Positions 49,144 to 60,154 of a DNA stretch of 64,000 nt are shown here, in pieces. Position 1 is the first letter of the stretch; each line of letters begins with the position of its first letter. The notes beneath the pieces were generated by a model. It searched no databases and was not told where the DNA came from. It saw only the letters and a program-made list of their open reading frames with translations. The stretch is taken from the NCBI GenBank assembly GCA_037131105.1, contig JBAXRQ010000001.1:765465-829464 (forward strand), in the 5' to 3' direction. This DNA comes from a bacterium. Lineage in GTDB: Bacteria; Patescibacteriota; UBA1384; CAILIB01. The position numbers were made by a program, and so were the translations under genes.

Positions 49144-50145
49144 TTACATATGCCCGAGACCAAACTCCTCCTTGCCGCGATCGATAAGTGACTGGAGATG
49201 GCTGCTCACGGCGGCAAGCCCAACCTGCATTTCGTCAAGATTGGCGATACAGGTCCTAAACTCATCCCTTAGCCCGTGTGCCACCTCCACCGGTAGCCGC
49301 GAACTAAGGTCTATCCGCCCTGAGTAGCTTTCATGTACCAGAATCTTCTCCAACTCATTGTCGTCATAATCAAGCAGAGTAGCCAAGAAGGTTATCATTC
49401 CCTCTGGAACCTCATCCAAAGAAGGTTTTCCCTCTACTTCCAAAAAGACTATGCCGTCCTCAACCGAGATCGCCACCTCCATGCTTCCCATCCACCCCAG
49501 CTGCACCTTTCCAGCAAGCAGCTGCTCGACACGGAAGGGATCCAGTGGCACGATCTGGTACCCTGGTATCGGCATGAGGTAGCGCAGCATAGGGTCAGGC
49601 AAGCGGTTAAGCTGCCTGAAGAGCGCGTCGATTTCCTCACCCATACCTCGGGGCAGCTCGTCACACCGTGATGAGCTCCAGTAGTAGCCAGCCTGCTCAA
49701 TCAGAACGTCGTTTCGGCTTTGAATTTCTTTCAGGACCCCGAGGGGGTCCCTCAGAAGGTGCCAGCTCAGGCATCCCGTCGCCAGCCCACCCTTTTGCTG
49801 AAAGGTGAGCGTGATGACCTGAACCTCCACATCCTCTGCAGGAAGCATCCGACGGTGTTGGAAGCTCAGTCCGTTGCCGAAGACAATGGTATCCTCGCAA
49901 TGCCCATGCATGTCATGGTACTGATATGACTCAAAAAGCAGATCGCCGCCCGATCCAAGCTCTATACAACCCGTCTGCAGATCGGTATTTAGCCTGACAT
50001 TGGCGGTTCCCGCTTCAATGACTCCCCGCGCCTGCATTTCGTTAGGATCGGAAGTAGGCCAGAGGCCTAGCAGCTGATCCAGCAAATACGGCAGATAACG
50101 CAGATGCCCGCTATCGAAACCAGGTACATATTCTTCAAGATACAC
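49144..50145 (-). CDS. hypothetical protein
   Basis: 333-aa ORF; GTG start with AAGGGGG RBS. Confidence 0.5.
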   Translation of the reverse strand: MYLEEYVPGFDSGHLRYLPYLLDQLLGLWPTSDPNEMQARGVIEAGTANVRLNTDLQTGCIELGSGGDLLFESYQYHDMHGHCEDTIVFGNGLSFQHRRMLPAEDVEVQVITLTFQQKGGLATGCLSWHLLRDPLGVLKEIQSRNDVLIEQAGYYWSSSRCDELPRGMGEEIDALFRQLNRLPDPMLRYLMPIPGYQIVPLDPFRVEQLLAGKVQLGWMGSMEVAISVEDGIVFLEVEGKPSLDEVPEGMITFLATLLDYDDNELEKILVHESYSGRIDLSSRLPVEVAHGLRDEFRTCIANLDEMQVGLAAVSSHLQSLIDRGKEEFGLGHM

Positions 50146-50199
50146 GGCACACCCCCTTTTCTATTTGTTATGACAGCCGCCGGCAGCGGCGTCAATGCC

Positions 50200-51297
50200 T
50201 TAGAACAAACCGACGTCCCTAAGAGTAAGTACGGTGATCAGTCCGATAAGCAGGATAAAGCCGATACTAGTAACCGCATTCTCAATCTGTTCTGAGACCA
50301 CCCGCTTGCGGAAGATAAGCTCGATCACCAGGAAGACCAGCTTGCCGCCGTCCAGGGCTGGGATTGGCATGATATTAAGTAGTGCCAGGTTGAGTGAAAG
50401 GGCGACGGTCAGAAATACTACCGATGGGAAGCCTTCGTGAGTCGCCGCCGAGGTGGCCTTGTAAATGCCGACCGGTCCCGAGACCTGCTTATCCAGCTGG
50501 GCGTGGCCAAAAAGCTGGACGCCGAATTGGCGCAGTGCTTCCCAGGTTGTACTCGTCACGTAGCTCATGACGCTGTAGGCGGCCCGGGGCGCCTGCCAGA
50601 CCGGGAGACGAATCTGGTTGAGATCCTCAACGGCCACACCCATGGCTGGCCCACTGGCAGCAATAGTCACCGGTACGGTAGTAAGCGTGCCATTGTCATC
50701 CACGGTTACATCCAGAGTGCGCTTGTCGGCGGTCTGCCGCTCCTTAGTAAAGCTCTGCAGCTTGGAGACAGAGTCAATGACAGTGACCTGGCCGGTCTGC
50801 TTGTCAGTAAATGACCTAATAATCTCCCCTGCCTTGACCTTGGCAGTCTCAGCCGGCGATCCAGGAAGTACTTCACTCACCAGCACATCACTCTTCTGTA
50901 CCACGGCGCCGGGCAGACTATCAATGTCAGGCCCCAGAGAAGGGAAGCCGATGCTGTAGGCGATGGTCAGCACCAGGAAAGCAAAGAGTACATTCATGCT
51001 GACACCAGCAATGATTACCAGGATACGGGCCCAGATAGGACGATTAGGGAAGGCCCTAGGATCTGGCTCCTCGCCTTTGGCTGACTCACCATGGATTTTC
51101 ACGTAGCCGCCCAGTGGCAAAGCATTGATGGCATACCGGGTGTCACCACGCTTGATACTCCAGATCCGAGGAGGAAATCCCAGGGCAAACTCATCCACCC
51201 GCATACCAGTCCATTTGGCAACCATGAAATGTCCCAGCTCATGCACAAAGACCAGAACGCCCAGGACCAGGAGAAAGACGATGATGGAGAGGATCAT
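50200..51297 (-). CDS. rseP: RIP metalloprotease RseP (site-2 protease)
   Basis: HELGHF zinc motif in TM1, PDZ domain, LDGG motif. Confidence 0.8.
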   Translation of the reverse strand: MILSIIVFLLVLGVLVFVHELGHFMVAKWTGMRVDEFALGFPPRIWSIKRGDTRYAINALPLGGYVKIHGESAKGEEPDPRAFPNRPIWARILVIIAGVSMNVLFAFLVLTIAYSIGFPSLGPDIDSLPGAVVQKSDVLVSEVLPGSPAETAKVKAGEIIRSFTDKQTGQVTVIDSVSKLQSFTKERQTADKRTLDVTVDDNGTLTTVPVTIAASGPAMGVAVEDLNQIRLPVWQAPRAAYSVMSYVTSTTWEALRQFGVQLFGHAQLDKQVSGPVGIYKATSAATHEGFPSVVFLTVALSLNLALLNIMPIPALDGGKLVFLVIELIFRKRVVSEQIENAVTSIGFILLIGLITVLTLRDVGLF

Positions 51298-51313
51298 GGG
51301 AGGGATTAAGGCG

Positions 51314-51511
51314 TTAGCTTAGGGCCTGGCGGACGGCGCCGACCAGCATGGCTAGATAGATCATGAGATTGGGAATAAGGATGAACAGGGCGATCTCCAC
51401 AGCCAGTATGATAGCCACCTTTATTAAGAGATGCCTGAAAAACCCGCCCAGCACGCCGAAGATCAGGAGAACGACAACGACGGCGACTACGGGGTTATTC
51501 AGGAAGTCCAT
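51314..51511 (-). CDS. small membrane protein
   Basis: 65 aa, two TM helices. Confidence 0.35.
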   Translation of the reverse strand: MDFLNNPVVAVVVVLLIFGVLGGFFRHLLIKVAIILAVEIALFILIPNLMIYLAMLVGAVRQALS

Positions 51512-52068
51512 CAGACGGTGCGGATCTCAGCTTCCTTGTCCTTGATGGCCTGCTCGATCTTCTTGTTGTGATCGGCGGTCAGCTTGTCGATCTCATCACG
51601 GCCCCAGTCACGGTTCTCCTCGGTGATCTCACTGTCTTTCTGGGCCTTTTGGATCTCGTCCCAGACTTTACCACGAATCTGACGGATGCTGATGCGGGAC
51701 TCCTCGCCCATCTTATGAGCCATCTTCACCAGCTCCTCGCGGCGCTCAGCCGTAAGGGGCGGGACAATGAGCCTGATGCTGCGGCCGTCATCGCTCGGAT
51801 TGAAGCCGAGGCCCGAATCCTTGATGGCGGTGACAATGTCCTTGACAGCGCTTGCGTCGAAAGGCTGGATGAGGATCTGGGTAGGCTCGGGTACGGTAAG
51901 GTTTGCTAGCGCCTTAAGGGGCGTCTGGGTGCCGTAGTAGACAACCTGGACGGAGTCCAGCATCTGGGCAGAGGCCCGGCCGGTGCGTAGGGTCTTGAGC
52001 TCACTGAGAAGATGTTCAACGGCAGCTTCCATCTTTGGCTTGGCGCTGGCTACCATCTGTTCAACCAT
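51511..52068 (-). CDS. frr: ribosome recycling factor
   Basis: Full-length RRF similarity. Confidence 0.85.
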   Translation of the reverse strand: MVEQMVASAKPKMEAAVEHLLSELKTLRTGRASAQMLDSVQVVYYGTQTPLKALANLTVPEPTQILIQPFDASAVKDIVTAIKDSGLGFNPSDDGRSIRLIVPPLTAERREELVKMAHKMGEESRISIRQIRGKVWDEIQKAQKDSEITEENRDWGRDEIDKLTADHNKKIEQAIKDKEAEIRTV

Positions 52069-52356
52069 AGGAGGGAATTACGTGTTGCTTGGAGTCTAGC
52101 AAGCATCTTTTTCATCAGCGAATCATTCTTGGTTCGAGCGAAAGATGTGAGAAGGGAGAAGACGTATTGGTTGATACGTCGACAACCTACGAACTTCTTG
52201 CAGCCGAATCAGGAATGATGCAGCTTGGAAAGAAGATGCTTGTTGGTCTCCCCCAGAGCATAGCACAAATTCGACCCTGAAACAGCCTAATCAAACGCAA
52301 ACCGGGGCGATGCTCGGCCTTAGCCAAACACCGCCCCGAGACCATGCACGCCACAA

Positions 52357-52680
52357 TTATTGTTCGTCGACAAAGAAGATGTTGGCCTTCCTCACGCAGG
52401 CCATCATATCTTCCACCTCGTCGGCAGGCCCATCCATGTAGATTGGCAACCATGCGAGTGATTCCACTCCTTCGGTGAGGACTTCGAGCTCAGCCGGAAT
52501 CTCTTCCAGCTCCGTCGAGATATACTCGCCATCTTTGTAGTTGGAATTCCGTACAAGAATACCCTCTTGCAGTGTCCATAAGAGACTGAAGGTGAAACAG
52601 TATTCGTAAACGATTCCATCATCACTAGTAGCTGGACCAAGCTCAGCGCCGAAGCAGCATCCCACATGGCCATACGGCAC
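52357..52680 (-). CDS. hypothetical protein
   Basis: 107-aa ORF in the gap where pyrH would be expected; no pyrH motifs. Confidence 0.3.
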   Translation of the reverse strand: MPYGHVGCCFGAELGPATSDDGIVYEYCFTFSLLWTLQEGILVRNSNYKDGEYISTELEEIPAELEVLTEGVESLAWLPIYMDGPADEVEDMMACVRKANIFFVDEQ

Positions 52681-52929
52681 TATCCACCACGTTTAGCCGA
52701 ACCATCGGTCGGGTCCGTAAAGCTAAATGTTCGCTCGGGGTTAGGCATCCTCAGATACCATTCTGGCAATTCGATTTCAGACACAGGCACCACTCCATTC
52801 CCAACTATCAGATTGACCCCTTCGTTCGGGCCTAACTTGCTTATAGCGGGTATCCCACTTATCTGTCAATGGGATTGGAACGTAAAAAGCGGATCGGGAA
52901 ATCTCCCGTCCGCTTTTCACAATTAATCG

Positions 52930-53109
52930 CTAGCGTCCATTGCGGCCGACTGTCTTTCTGATTTTTTCTGGAGAGCCTCCCGAATCGCTGGCGGCTTCCA
53001 GGCTCTTCAGGAAAATAAACAGAACGAATAAGGTCGTGACGATCGCCAACAGTGCCCTCCAGCGAAGCTGCCAGGGTATTCCCATAGCTGCCAGAACCGT
53101 TTTATACAT
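52930..53109 (-). CDS. small (59 aa) single-TM membrane protein
   Basis: Not in the ORF track (<60 aa); strong RBS AAGGAGGG 7 nt upstream of the ATG; hairpin terminator downstream. Confidence 0.4.
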   Translation of the reverse strand: MYKTVLAAMGIPWQLRWRALLAIVTTLFVLFIFLKSLEAASDSGGSPEKIRKTVGRNGR

Positions 53110-53196
53110 GATGCACCTCTTTCCCTCCTTGCCCCTAACGAAGAGGAGGCCCAGAAAGCAGCACTTCCCGGGTCTCCTCTTCCTCTTTGAACCCGA

Positions 53197-53673
53197 TTAC
53201 TCGCCCTGGGACTGACCCAGCTCGTAGCGGGTGAAGCGGCTGATGACGATCTTCTCACCCATCTTGCTGGTGGTGTCCTGAAGATACTCTCCGATGGTCA
53301 GCTTGCTGTCCTTGACGAAGGCCTGCTCGAGCAGCTCCTCGACGTTCTCAGGCGCCATGCTGGCGATCTGTAGGGCCAGGTCATGGGCGAACTCCTTAAA
53401 CGCCTCACCGCGGGCGACGAAGTCGGTCTCGCAGTTCACCTCGACAATGACGCCGATGCGACCGGAGTGCACGTAAGCCTCGATGACTCCTTCACTGGCG
53501 TCGCGGTCGGCTTTCTTGCCCATGATCTTGGCACCACGCTCTTTCAAGAAGGTCATGGCCTTGGCGCGGTCGCCGGCAGCTTCCTCAAGGGCGTTCTTAA
53601 TGTCGGAAAGACCCATTCCGGTCTGCTCACGCAGCTCGGCAATGTCTTGCATGGTGTAATTAGCCATTGTCAC
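53197..53673 (-). CDS. tsf: elongation factor Ts (short form)
   Basis: UBA-like N-terminus (IAELREQTGMGLSDIKNALEE) and a single dimerisation domain. Confidence 0.8.
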   Translation of the reverse strand: MTMANYTMQDIAELREQTGMGLSDIKNALEEAAGDRAKAMTFLKERGAKIMGKKADRDASEGVIEAYVHSGRIGVIVEVNCETDFVARGEAFKEFAHDLALQIASMAPENVEELLEQAFVKDSKLTIGEYLQDTTSKMGEKIVISRFTRYELGQSQGE

Positions 53674-53676
53674 GTA

Positions 53677-54015
53677 TTACTTATTGCTAGTTCGCTCTTT
53701 GATCTTGTCAGTATCACTCTTCAGCATCCCCTCCCAAGCAGACTCAAGGTCGATATCCAGGTCCTGGGCTATAAAGAGTACCTCAGCCATTATGTCAGCC
53801 AGCTCGTCAGCGATAGTCCTCTTGAGCTGTTCCTCAGTCTTCCCCTCGGCATAGCGCTCACCGTGCAGCTGGGAGATGGCCTTGGTCAGGCTGCCCAATT
53901 GGTAGGGAAGGTCTGAGGCGGCGATACGGTAGTCCCAGGTAACCGTCCCCTGCTTGTCATATTCGGCAAAGATCCGGGTCACATCGCTGGTCAGATCTGC
54001 CAGGGTGCGTCCCAT
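53677..54015 (-). CDS. MazG-like nucleotide pyrophosphohydrolase domain protein
   Basis: 112 aa; EExxE/D helical signature (LADELADIMAEV...DLESAWE). Confidence 0.5.
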   Translation of the reverse strand: MGRTLADLTSDVTRIFAEYDKQGTVTWDYRIAASDLPYQLGSLTKAISQLHGERYAEGKTEEQLKRTIADELADIMAEVLFIAQDLDIDLESAWEGMLKSDTDKIKERTSNK

Positions 54016-54019
54016 ACCT

Positions 54020-54850
54020 TTATTTCGTTGCCTTCTTGGCTGGCTTCTCCTCGACCTTCTCTTCAGTCTTCTCCTCAGCTACCTCAGCAGCTTTTTCAGC
54101 AGGCTTCTCAGCCTCCTTCTTTGCCTCAGCCTTGGCGTCAGCTTCCTGCTTGAGGGCGATCAGCTTCTGGCCGCTCAGGATGGTAGCCTCTACCATGTCC
54201 AGCAGCATCTTCAGGGACTTGGGGGCGTCGTCGTTAGCGGGAATGACGTGGTGGACCAGGTCAGGATTGGTGTTGGTGTCAACGATAGCAAAACGCTCGA
54301 TATCCTCGTGGATGGCTTCCTTGATGGCGTTGTGCTCGTGGCTTGGGTCAATGATAAAGAGAGCGTCAGGCTTCTTGGTCATGTTACGCAGGCCGCCGAA
54401 CTTGTAGTGCATACGCTTCAGGTCAGCCTCCATACGTACACGCTCTTTCTTGATGGTGGTGGCAGCCTCGGGACTCTCCAAGAAGGCCTCGGTCCGCTTC
54501 ATGCGGGCGATGGACTTCTGTACCTCGGCGAAGTTGGTCATGGTGCCGCCCAGCCAACGAACGTTGACGTAGGAGATACCGGTGGACTCACCAATTTCCT
54601 TTACGCGGTCAGAGACCTGCTTCTTGGTGCCTACCAGTACGATGGTCTTGCCATCGCGCACGCGCTCTTCCAGAATCCCGAGGACTTCCTTCAGCTTCTC
54701 CTGGGTCTTCTCCAGGTCAATGATGTGCAGCTTGTCGCGGGTCGCGAAGATATAGGGCTTCATCTTCGGGTGCCACTTACCAGAGGCGTGGCCGAAATGC
54801 ATGCCCGTCTCCATTAACGTCCGGAGGTCCGGAATCTCAGGAATCGCCAT
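54020..54850 (-). CDS. rpsB: 30S ribosomal protein S2 with K/E/A-rich C-terminal extension
   Basis: MHFGHASGKWHPKMKPYIF... S2 signature. Confidence 0.85.
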   Translation of the reverse strand: MAIPEIPDLRTLMETGMHFGHASGKWHPKMKPYIFATRDKLHIIDLEKTQEKLKEVLGILEERVRDGKTIVLVGTKKQVSDRVKEIGESTGISYVNVRWLGGTMTNFAEVQKSIARMKRTEAFLESPEAATTIKKERVRMEADLKRMHYKFGGLRNMTKKPDALFIIDPSHEHNAIKEAIHEDIERFAIVDTNTNPDLVHHVIPANDDAPKSLKMLLDMVEATILSGQKLIALKQEADAKAEAKKEAEKPAEKAAEVAEEKTEEKVEEKPAKKATK

Positions 54851-55106
54851 AACTAGCTCCTTGTGCCCAAGAGTGGGCGGTTAGCACGTGGTTCGTCGGT
54901 GGCCGAAGACCGGGCTGCTTAGTGTCAGCGCGGCAGGAGCGGCTCCATCCCCAGGTGCGTGAATATATAAAGAGACCGATTTGAATGGTCCATTTCTTTA
55001 TACCTGATTTATACCTGACTGGCAAGGGTGTTCTGGACGAGTCAGTCTCATTCTGATATACCGGTCCCATCGGCTCTGCCGAAACAGTTAAAAAGGAGAG
55101 TTCCCG

Positions 55107-55882
55107 TGAACACTAGTTCCCACCTGTATACGTTTCCCCTACTTACGCCCTATGAGCCTCGGCTTGTATGCGCCATATCAAACCGCCAGCTCGGCAACAT
55201 GTCGTTCGCCCACGCCGGACAGAGAGTAGGCGAACAGGTAGAGGTAATGAATAATCGCCTCGGCTTCGCCAGGGCCGCCGGCTTTCCGCTTGAGAACACA
55301 ATAGTCCTGCGCTGTGCCTATGGCACCGATTTAATGGAAGTGACAGAGGCAGACCGGGCAAAAGGAGTCTACTGCCTGGAAACGGCACTCTCTGGCGAGA
55401 TACTGACAACCGAGGAAACCAACCTGTTCCTAGTCATAATGGTAGCCGACTGTCTGGCTATTGCCGTTATTGACCCAGTCAAGCAGTGTCTGGCCATCGC
55501 CCATGCCGGCTATCGTGAGGTCGACAACGGCGTACCCAGCCTTGCCGTCAAGGCAATGGTGCAGAGATACAACTCCCACCCCGGCGACCTGCTAGTTGTA
55601 GCCTCCCCCTGCCTGAGTAGGGAGAGCAACCTCATGGCCACCATGGAGTTTGCCACCCATCCTGATTGGCACCGGTTCTCCCGGCAAACAGAAGCTGGCT
55701 GGAACGTCGACTTCCGGGGACTGGCCCAGTCACAGGTCGCCAAGGAAGGAGTACCTCCTAGCCAGATCCAGTTTTCCCGGATCGATACATTCGGGAGCCC
55801 AAACTGCTTTTCCCATCGGGAAAGCCAACTGGGTGGACGCCCCAATGGCCGCATGGCTATGGTGGTAGGATTCCATCCTTAG
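55107..55882 (+). CDS. pgeF: YfiH/PgeF-family (DUF152) purine nucleoside phosphorylase/laccase-domain protein
   Basis: IMVADCLAIAV and IAHAGYREV motifs; GTG start with AAAGGAGAG RBS. Confidence 0.65.
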
Positions 55883-56068
55883 CAGCCATCATTTACCGTA
55901 CCAGAAGACCCGCTGAGACATTTTCGGCGGGTTCTTTCTTTTATCAGCACTTAAGGTTCATAGTGGACATCTCCCCCATTATCTGTTATAAAGGATCTAC
56001 ATAACCCCATAACCGCATGTGTACCCGTCCTGCATTTGGCAGACGGAGCAGATGCAAGGAGAACCCCC

Positions 56069-56392
56069 ATGAAGACAGGTATCCACCCTGACTATAACCA
56101 GATCACCGTGAGCTGCGCCTGCGGCAACAGCTTCGTAACCGGATCCACCCTGAAAGAGGACATCCGCGTGGAAATCTGCGCCCTGTGCCACCCACTGTAT
56201 ACTGGTAAGTCCAACCTGATCGACGCCGCCGGACGCCTCGACAAGTTCGCCGCCCGCCAGAAGATGGCCGCCGAGCGCCAGGCAGTCGCCGACGTTCGCA
56301 GCAAGGCCAAGGCCGAGAAGGAAGCCACCCAGGCTGCCCTAGAGGCTGAGGTTGAGGCCGACAAGGCCAAGACAAAGACCAAAAAGTCTTAG
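56069..56392 (+). CDS. rpmE: 50S ribosomal protein L31 with A/K-rich C-terminal extension
   Basis: MKTGIHPDY...C..C...C..CHP zinc-ribbon L31 signature. Confidence 0.8.
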   Translation: MKTGIHPDYNQITVSCACGNSFVTGSTLKEDIRVEICALCHPLYTGKSNLIDAAGRLDKFAARQKMAAERQAVADVRSKAKAEKEATQAALEAEVEADKAKTKTKKS

Positions 56393-56401
56393 ACTACCCC
56401 C

Positions 56402-57481
56402 ATGGCAGCCGACTCGCTCGAGGCGGCCTTCGCCTCATTCCGCAAGGAATACGACCAGCTGACCGTACAGCTTCAGGACCCGTCTGTCTTCGATGACAAC
56501 CAGAAGGCGGCGGGCCTCAGCCGGCAGCACCGCAAGCTGGAGAACCTCCTGGCTCTTTTTGACGAGCAGCAGCAGGTAAAGGCCCAGATCGAGGGTAACG
56601 TCGAACTGCTGAACGGTTCCGACCCTGAACTTGCCGAAATGGCCAAGCTGGAAAACGCCGAACTAGAAGAACGGCTACCCGCCATAGAGCAGCAGCTGGA
56701 GGACTTGCTATTGCCCCAGGACCCTGACGAGAGCAAGAACGCCATCATCGAGATCCGATCCGGTACCGGCGGAGACGAGGCCGAACTGTTCGCTGACGAG
56801 CTCTTTCGCATGTACACTCGCTACGCTGAAGGAAGAGGCTGGAGCGTCGAGATCGCCAACCTCAGCCGTTCTGACCTGGGCGGGCTCAAGGAAGTGATCG
56901 CCACCGTTACCGGCGACGAGGTCTTCAAGTACCTGCAGTTCGAGAGCGGCGTCCACCGGGTCCAACGCGTGCCGGAGACCGAGAAGATGGGCCGTATCCA
57001 TACCTCGGCCGCCACTGTCGCCATCCTGCCCGAGGCTGAGGAGACCGACATCCAGATCGCAGACGCGGATATCCGCATCGACGTCTACCGCTCTTCCGGA
57101 CACGGCGGCCAGAGTGTAAACACCACTGACTCAGCCGTGCGCATCACCCACCTAGCCACCGGTCTCATTGTCACCTGTCAGGATGAGAAGTCCCAGCACA
57201 AGAACAAGGCCAAGGCCATGGGAGTGCTTCGCGCCCGCCTTTACGAGATGGAGCGTATGAAGAAGCAGAACGCCCGCTCCGAAGCCAGGAACGCCCAGAT
57301 CGGCACCGGTGACCGTTCCGAGAAGATCCGTACCTATAACTTCCCTCAGGACCGGGTCACCGACCACCGCATCAATCAGTCCTGGTCAAATCTTCCCGGC
57401 ATCATGAATGGCCAGATCGAGCCCATCATCCAGGCTCTTCTCGAAGCACGTAAAGCTGCCCTCAAAGCTAGTCAGATATGA
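56402..57481 (+). CDS. prfA: peptide chain release factor 1
   Basis: GGQ motif ([19 protein letters not shown]) and RF1-type P(E)T tripeptide region. Confidence 0.85.
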   Translation: MAADSLEAAFASFRKEYDQLTVQLQDPSVFDDNQKAAGLSRQHRKLENLLALFDEQQQVKAQIEGNVELLNGSDPELAEMAKLENAELEERLPAIEQQLEDLLLPQDPDESKNAIIEIRSGTGGDEAELFADELFRMYTRYAEGRGWSVEIANLSRSDLGGLKEVIATVTGDEVFKYLQFESGVHRVQRVPETEKMGRIHTSAATVAILPEAEETDIQIADADIRIDVYRSSGHGGQSVNTTDSAVRITHLATGLIVTCQDEKSQHKNKAKAMGVLRARLYEMERMKKQNARSEARNAQIGTGDRSEKIRTYNFPQDRVTDHRINQSWSNLPGIMNGQIEPIIQALLEARKAALKASQI

Positions 57482-58368
57482 CCGTCAAGGAGGCATTGGA
57501 CGTCTCTCAGCGCAGCGTCTCCGGCCGTGAGGCAGAGATATTTCTTCAAGAGGCCATGGGAGTGGAGCGTAGCTGGCTGTATGCCCACGGTGAAGACGAG
57601 CTGACTACTACTCAGGAGACTACATACTCGGGCTTTTTGGATAAGCGCGAGCAGAACCTGCCAGTGGCCTATATCACCGGGCACAAGGAGTTTTACGGCC
57701 GCCTCTTTAACTGCGACAAGCGGGCCCTGATCCCCCGCCCCGAGACCGAGGGCCTTATCGACCGGGCCGTTGCCTGGCTACCTGAATATTTCGCCAAGCA
57801 CGCCAAAGAGAGCAATAAACCCTGCCCCGTACGCATCCTAGAGCTCGGCACCGGCTGCGGCAATATCGCCGTCACCCTTGCTCTTGAGCTCGCCAAGCGA
57901 GAAGTCCCCTGTCAGATAGTGGCCACCGATCTAGCACCTGAGGCTCTAGAACTGGCCCAGGAGAACTGGGAGAAGCTAAAGGACACTACCGACTGGGCCC
58001 GCATCCACTTCGTGGAAGCCGACCTGTTCGACCATTCCATGGTTCGAAGTCGTACCCCTTATAACCTAATCATCGCCAATCTCCCCTACGTCACCGACGA
58101 GTGGAAGTTCGACCCCATCGCCCAGCCAGAAGTGGTCTTCCAGGAGCCCGACATCGCCCTATTCGGCGGGCTAGACGGCCTGGACATTTATCGGCGCTTC
58201 TTCGGCGAGGTATCTCAGTATTTGGCTAATGACGGACATATCCTCATAGAATACGGCGAGGACCAGACTCCCGCCATCACTCCCCTGGCAAAGCAGGTCT
58301 TCCCAGAAAAAAAGTTACACTTCTATCCCGACTACGCCGGCCTGGACCGGACCATGGAGATTCAGTAA
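57478..58368 (+). CDS. prmC: release factor glutamine N5-methyltransferase (HemK/PrmC)
   Basis: SAM-binding [11 protein letters not shown] and NLPY (NPPY-like) motifs; directly downstream of prfA with 4-nt overlap. Confidence 0.7.
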   Translation: MTVKEALDVSQRSVSGREAEIFLQEAMGVERSWLYAHGEDELTTTQETTYSGFLDKREQNLPVAYITGHKEFYGRLFNCDKRALIPRPETEGLIDRAVAWLPEYFAKHAKESNKPCPVRILELGTGCGNIAVTLALELAKREVPCQIVATDLAPEALELAQENWEKLKDTTDWARIHFVEADLFDHSMVRSRTPYNLIIANLPYVTDEWKFDPIAQPEVVFQEPDIALFGGLDGLDIYRRFFGEVSQYLANDGHILIEYGEDQTPAITPLAKQVFPEKKLHFYPDYAGLDRTMEIQ

Positions 58369-58463
58369 GAGCCAGGCAAGGATTGACATCCAGGTTAAAA
58401 TAAGGTATAACCGATCAGTCATCAGACGCACCGTGACAATTCGGTATTTTTTGAGGAGACGAG

Positions 58464-60074
58464 ATGAAGCAACGGCAAATGGTAGTACCGACAACGCTGC
58501 CAACCTTTACGGCAGGTGGTAGTGGCAAGCAACAGCCAGACCATGCCTATTTTCAGGCACTGGCAGCATTTGCCACGGAACTGGGTATGGACCCCGCCAA
58601 GTTTAAGTTCAGGACCCAGAAAAGCAATGGCAGGTCCCCCGCTGGGTCTCCGGGCACCATTGTCAGGCCCGTCGGCGTGCGAGCGCATGCTATCGACTGG
58701 AGCTACCATCGCGCAGGCATGAAGGCCGACTTCAGAAGGTCATATATCGTCTGGAGTGAAGGTACGCCCTTGCCTACGATGGAAGAGCTTCAAGCGGCAG
58801 CCCTTCGGTTGAACGAGAGAGAGTTCCCCAAGGACTACCCGAAAGCTGATCAAGGGGCCGACGAGGACCATGAAGAAGCGAAGCCGGGTAGCTCCTTGAT
58901 GGTAACGCGAGGACACATCGTCGAGGCGATGAAGAAAGTCTCCTGTATCGGCCTCGACTGCTTCATAGCGTCGGATGCCGTGGTCGATGGAGTTAAGGAG
59001 CTGGCGCCAACCGGCAACACTGTTTCGAAAAAGGCCGTTAGCCGGATGCTCGAACAGGAAGCCAGCCAGCAATCTCCCTTGTGGGAGCGCTATCTGACCA
59101 CCTATTTTTGGAGGCTGTGCAGTACCGAGCACCTTCCAATCATCGGCGTCGCAGATGTTGAACCGGCCCGAATCCTGTTGGCCCAGCTTCACGACGAAGA
59201 GGAGACCGCCATCGCAGACCTTGAGGGCGGGGTAGATGAAGCTTTGCTGGCCCGTCTTTCCCACTGCGATCTGATACTGGAAGCAGGCGGAGAAGTCGTG
59301 GCACTAAGGAACGAGGCCATCTCCTTCCCTGACCCATTGGTACCGGTCAACGCTGTGAAGCACTGCTTCCAGCTCAGGGAGATCAAATCGGGGCCACAGG
59401 ATCCCGGGGAGCTCAGCCTGATCACCAAAGCCGTTATGGCCGCGGTGACACCTCACCTTTTGCAGGCTGGAAAGGCCGGAAGAGCTCTCCGCTATGACGA
59501 CCTTTTCACCTACCTTCCGACAGGGCGTGGAGCAGGGAAGATCAGCCGCGGCACCTGGCATAAGTCCCTCAAGACTCTTCACATTTCAGGTCTTCTGGTG
59601 AAAGCAGGTTTTGACGATTCGTACATCAAGTGGGCACTGCCAGAGAGCGTCTTGCAGGCATCAGCTGCAGCTCCTTCACCGGCTAGCGTTCCAACGACCC
59701 AGACGCCAGTAACAGCGGCACCGGCTCCCACTACACCGTCAGATCCGCTTGCTATGCTGAAGGCGATGAAGCCCTGGGTCGACCACTTGGATGCGCAAGA
59801 AGGCCAGGTGGCGAAGCTTGCCAAGCTCCAGGCTGCAGCTACAACGGCCAGGAGTTTGCATGGTGAGCTGGTCAGCCAGCTCGAAGCTCTCACTGCTAGG
59901 GTAGCAGCGAAGGCTGAAGAGGTCGCTTCGGCCTCCACGGCAGTTACGGAGCAGGAGCGGTCCATGACCGCCTCTGCCGAACCGGATCCTGGTAGTGAAC
60001 TGGGCAGGGCAAAGAGGCTGTACTCCATGTGGATCGAGATGCAGAACCTGCTGGCCGAAACGAATAGCCAGTAG
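58464..60074 (+). CDS. hypothetical protein with C-terminal Ala/Thr-rich region and coiled coil
   Basis: 536-aa ORF, no recognised domain. Confidence 0.5.
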   Translation: MKQRQMVVPTTLPTFTAGGSGKQQPDHAYFQALAAFATELGMDPAKFKFRTQKSNGRSPAGSPGTIVRPVGVRAHAIDWSYHRAGMKADFRRSYIVWSEGTPLPTMEELQAAALRLNEREFPKDYPKADQGADEDHEEAKPGSSLMVTRGHIVEAMKKVSCIGLDCFIASDAVVDGVKELAPTGNTVSKKAVSRMLEQEASQQSPLWERYLTTYFWRLCSTEHLPIIGVADVEPARILLAQLHDEEETAIADLEGGVDEALLARLSHCDLILEAGGEVVALRNEAISFPDPLVPVNAVKHCFQLREIKSGPQDPGELSLITKAVMAAVTPHLLQAGKAGRALRYDDLFTYLPTGRGAGKISRGTWHKSLKTLHISGLLVKAGFDDSYIKWALPESVLQASAAAPSPASVPTTQTPVTAAPAPTTPSDPLAMLKAMKPWVDHLDAQEGQVAKLAKLQAAATTARSLHGELVSQLEALTARVAAKAEEVASASTAVTEQERSMTASAEPDPGSELGRAKRLYSMWIEMQNLLAETNSQ

Positions 60075-60101
60075 AGATAGAATGAAAGGAGTTTGAAACC
60101 C

Positions 60102-60138
60102 CAAAAAGGGGCGCCCGCACATACGCGGCGCCCCTTTT
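60102..60138. terminator. bidirectional intrinsic terminator
   Basis: aaaaa-ggggcgcccgc...gcggcgcccc-ttttt. Confidence 0.6.
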
Positions 60139-60154
60139 TCTATTATCCGTGAAT

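Noticed and set aside
53954-54817. Plus-strand 287-aa ORF
   Set aside because: Antisense to rpsB; Leu/Gly-rich translation.
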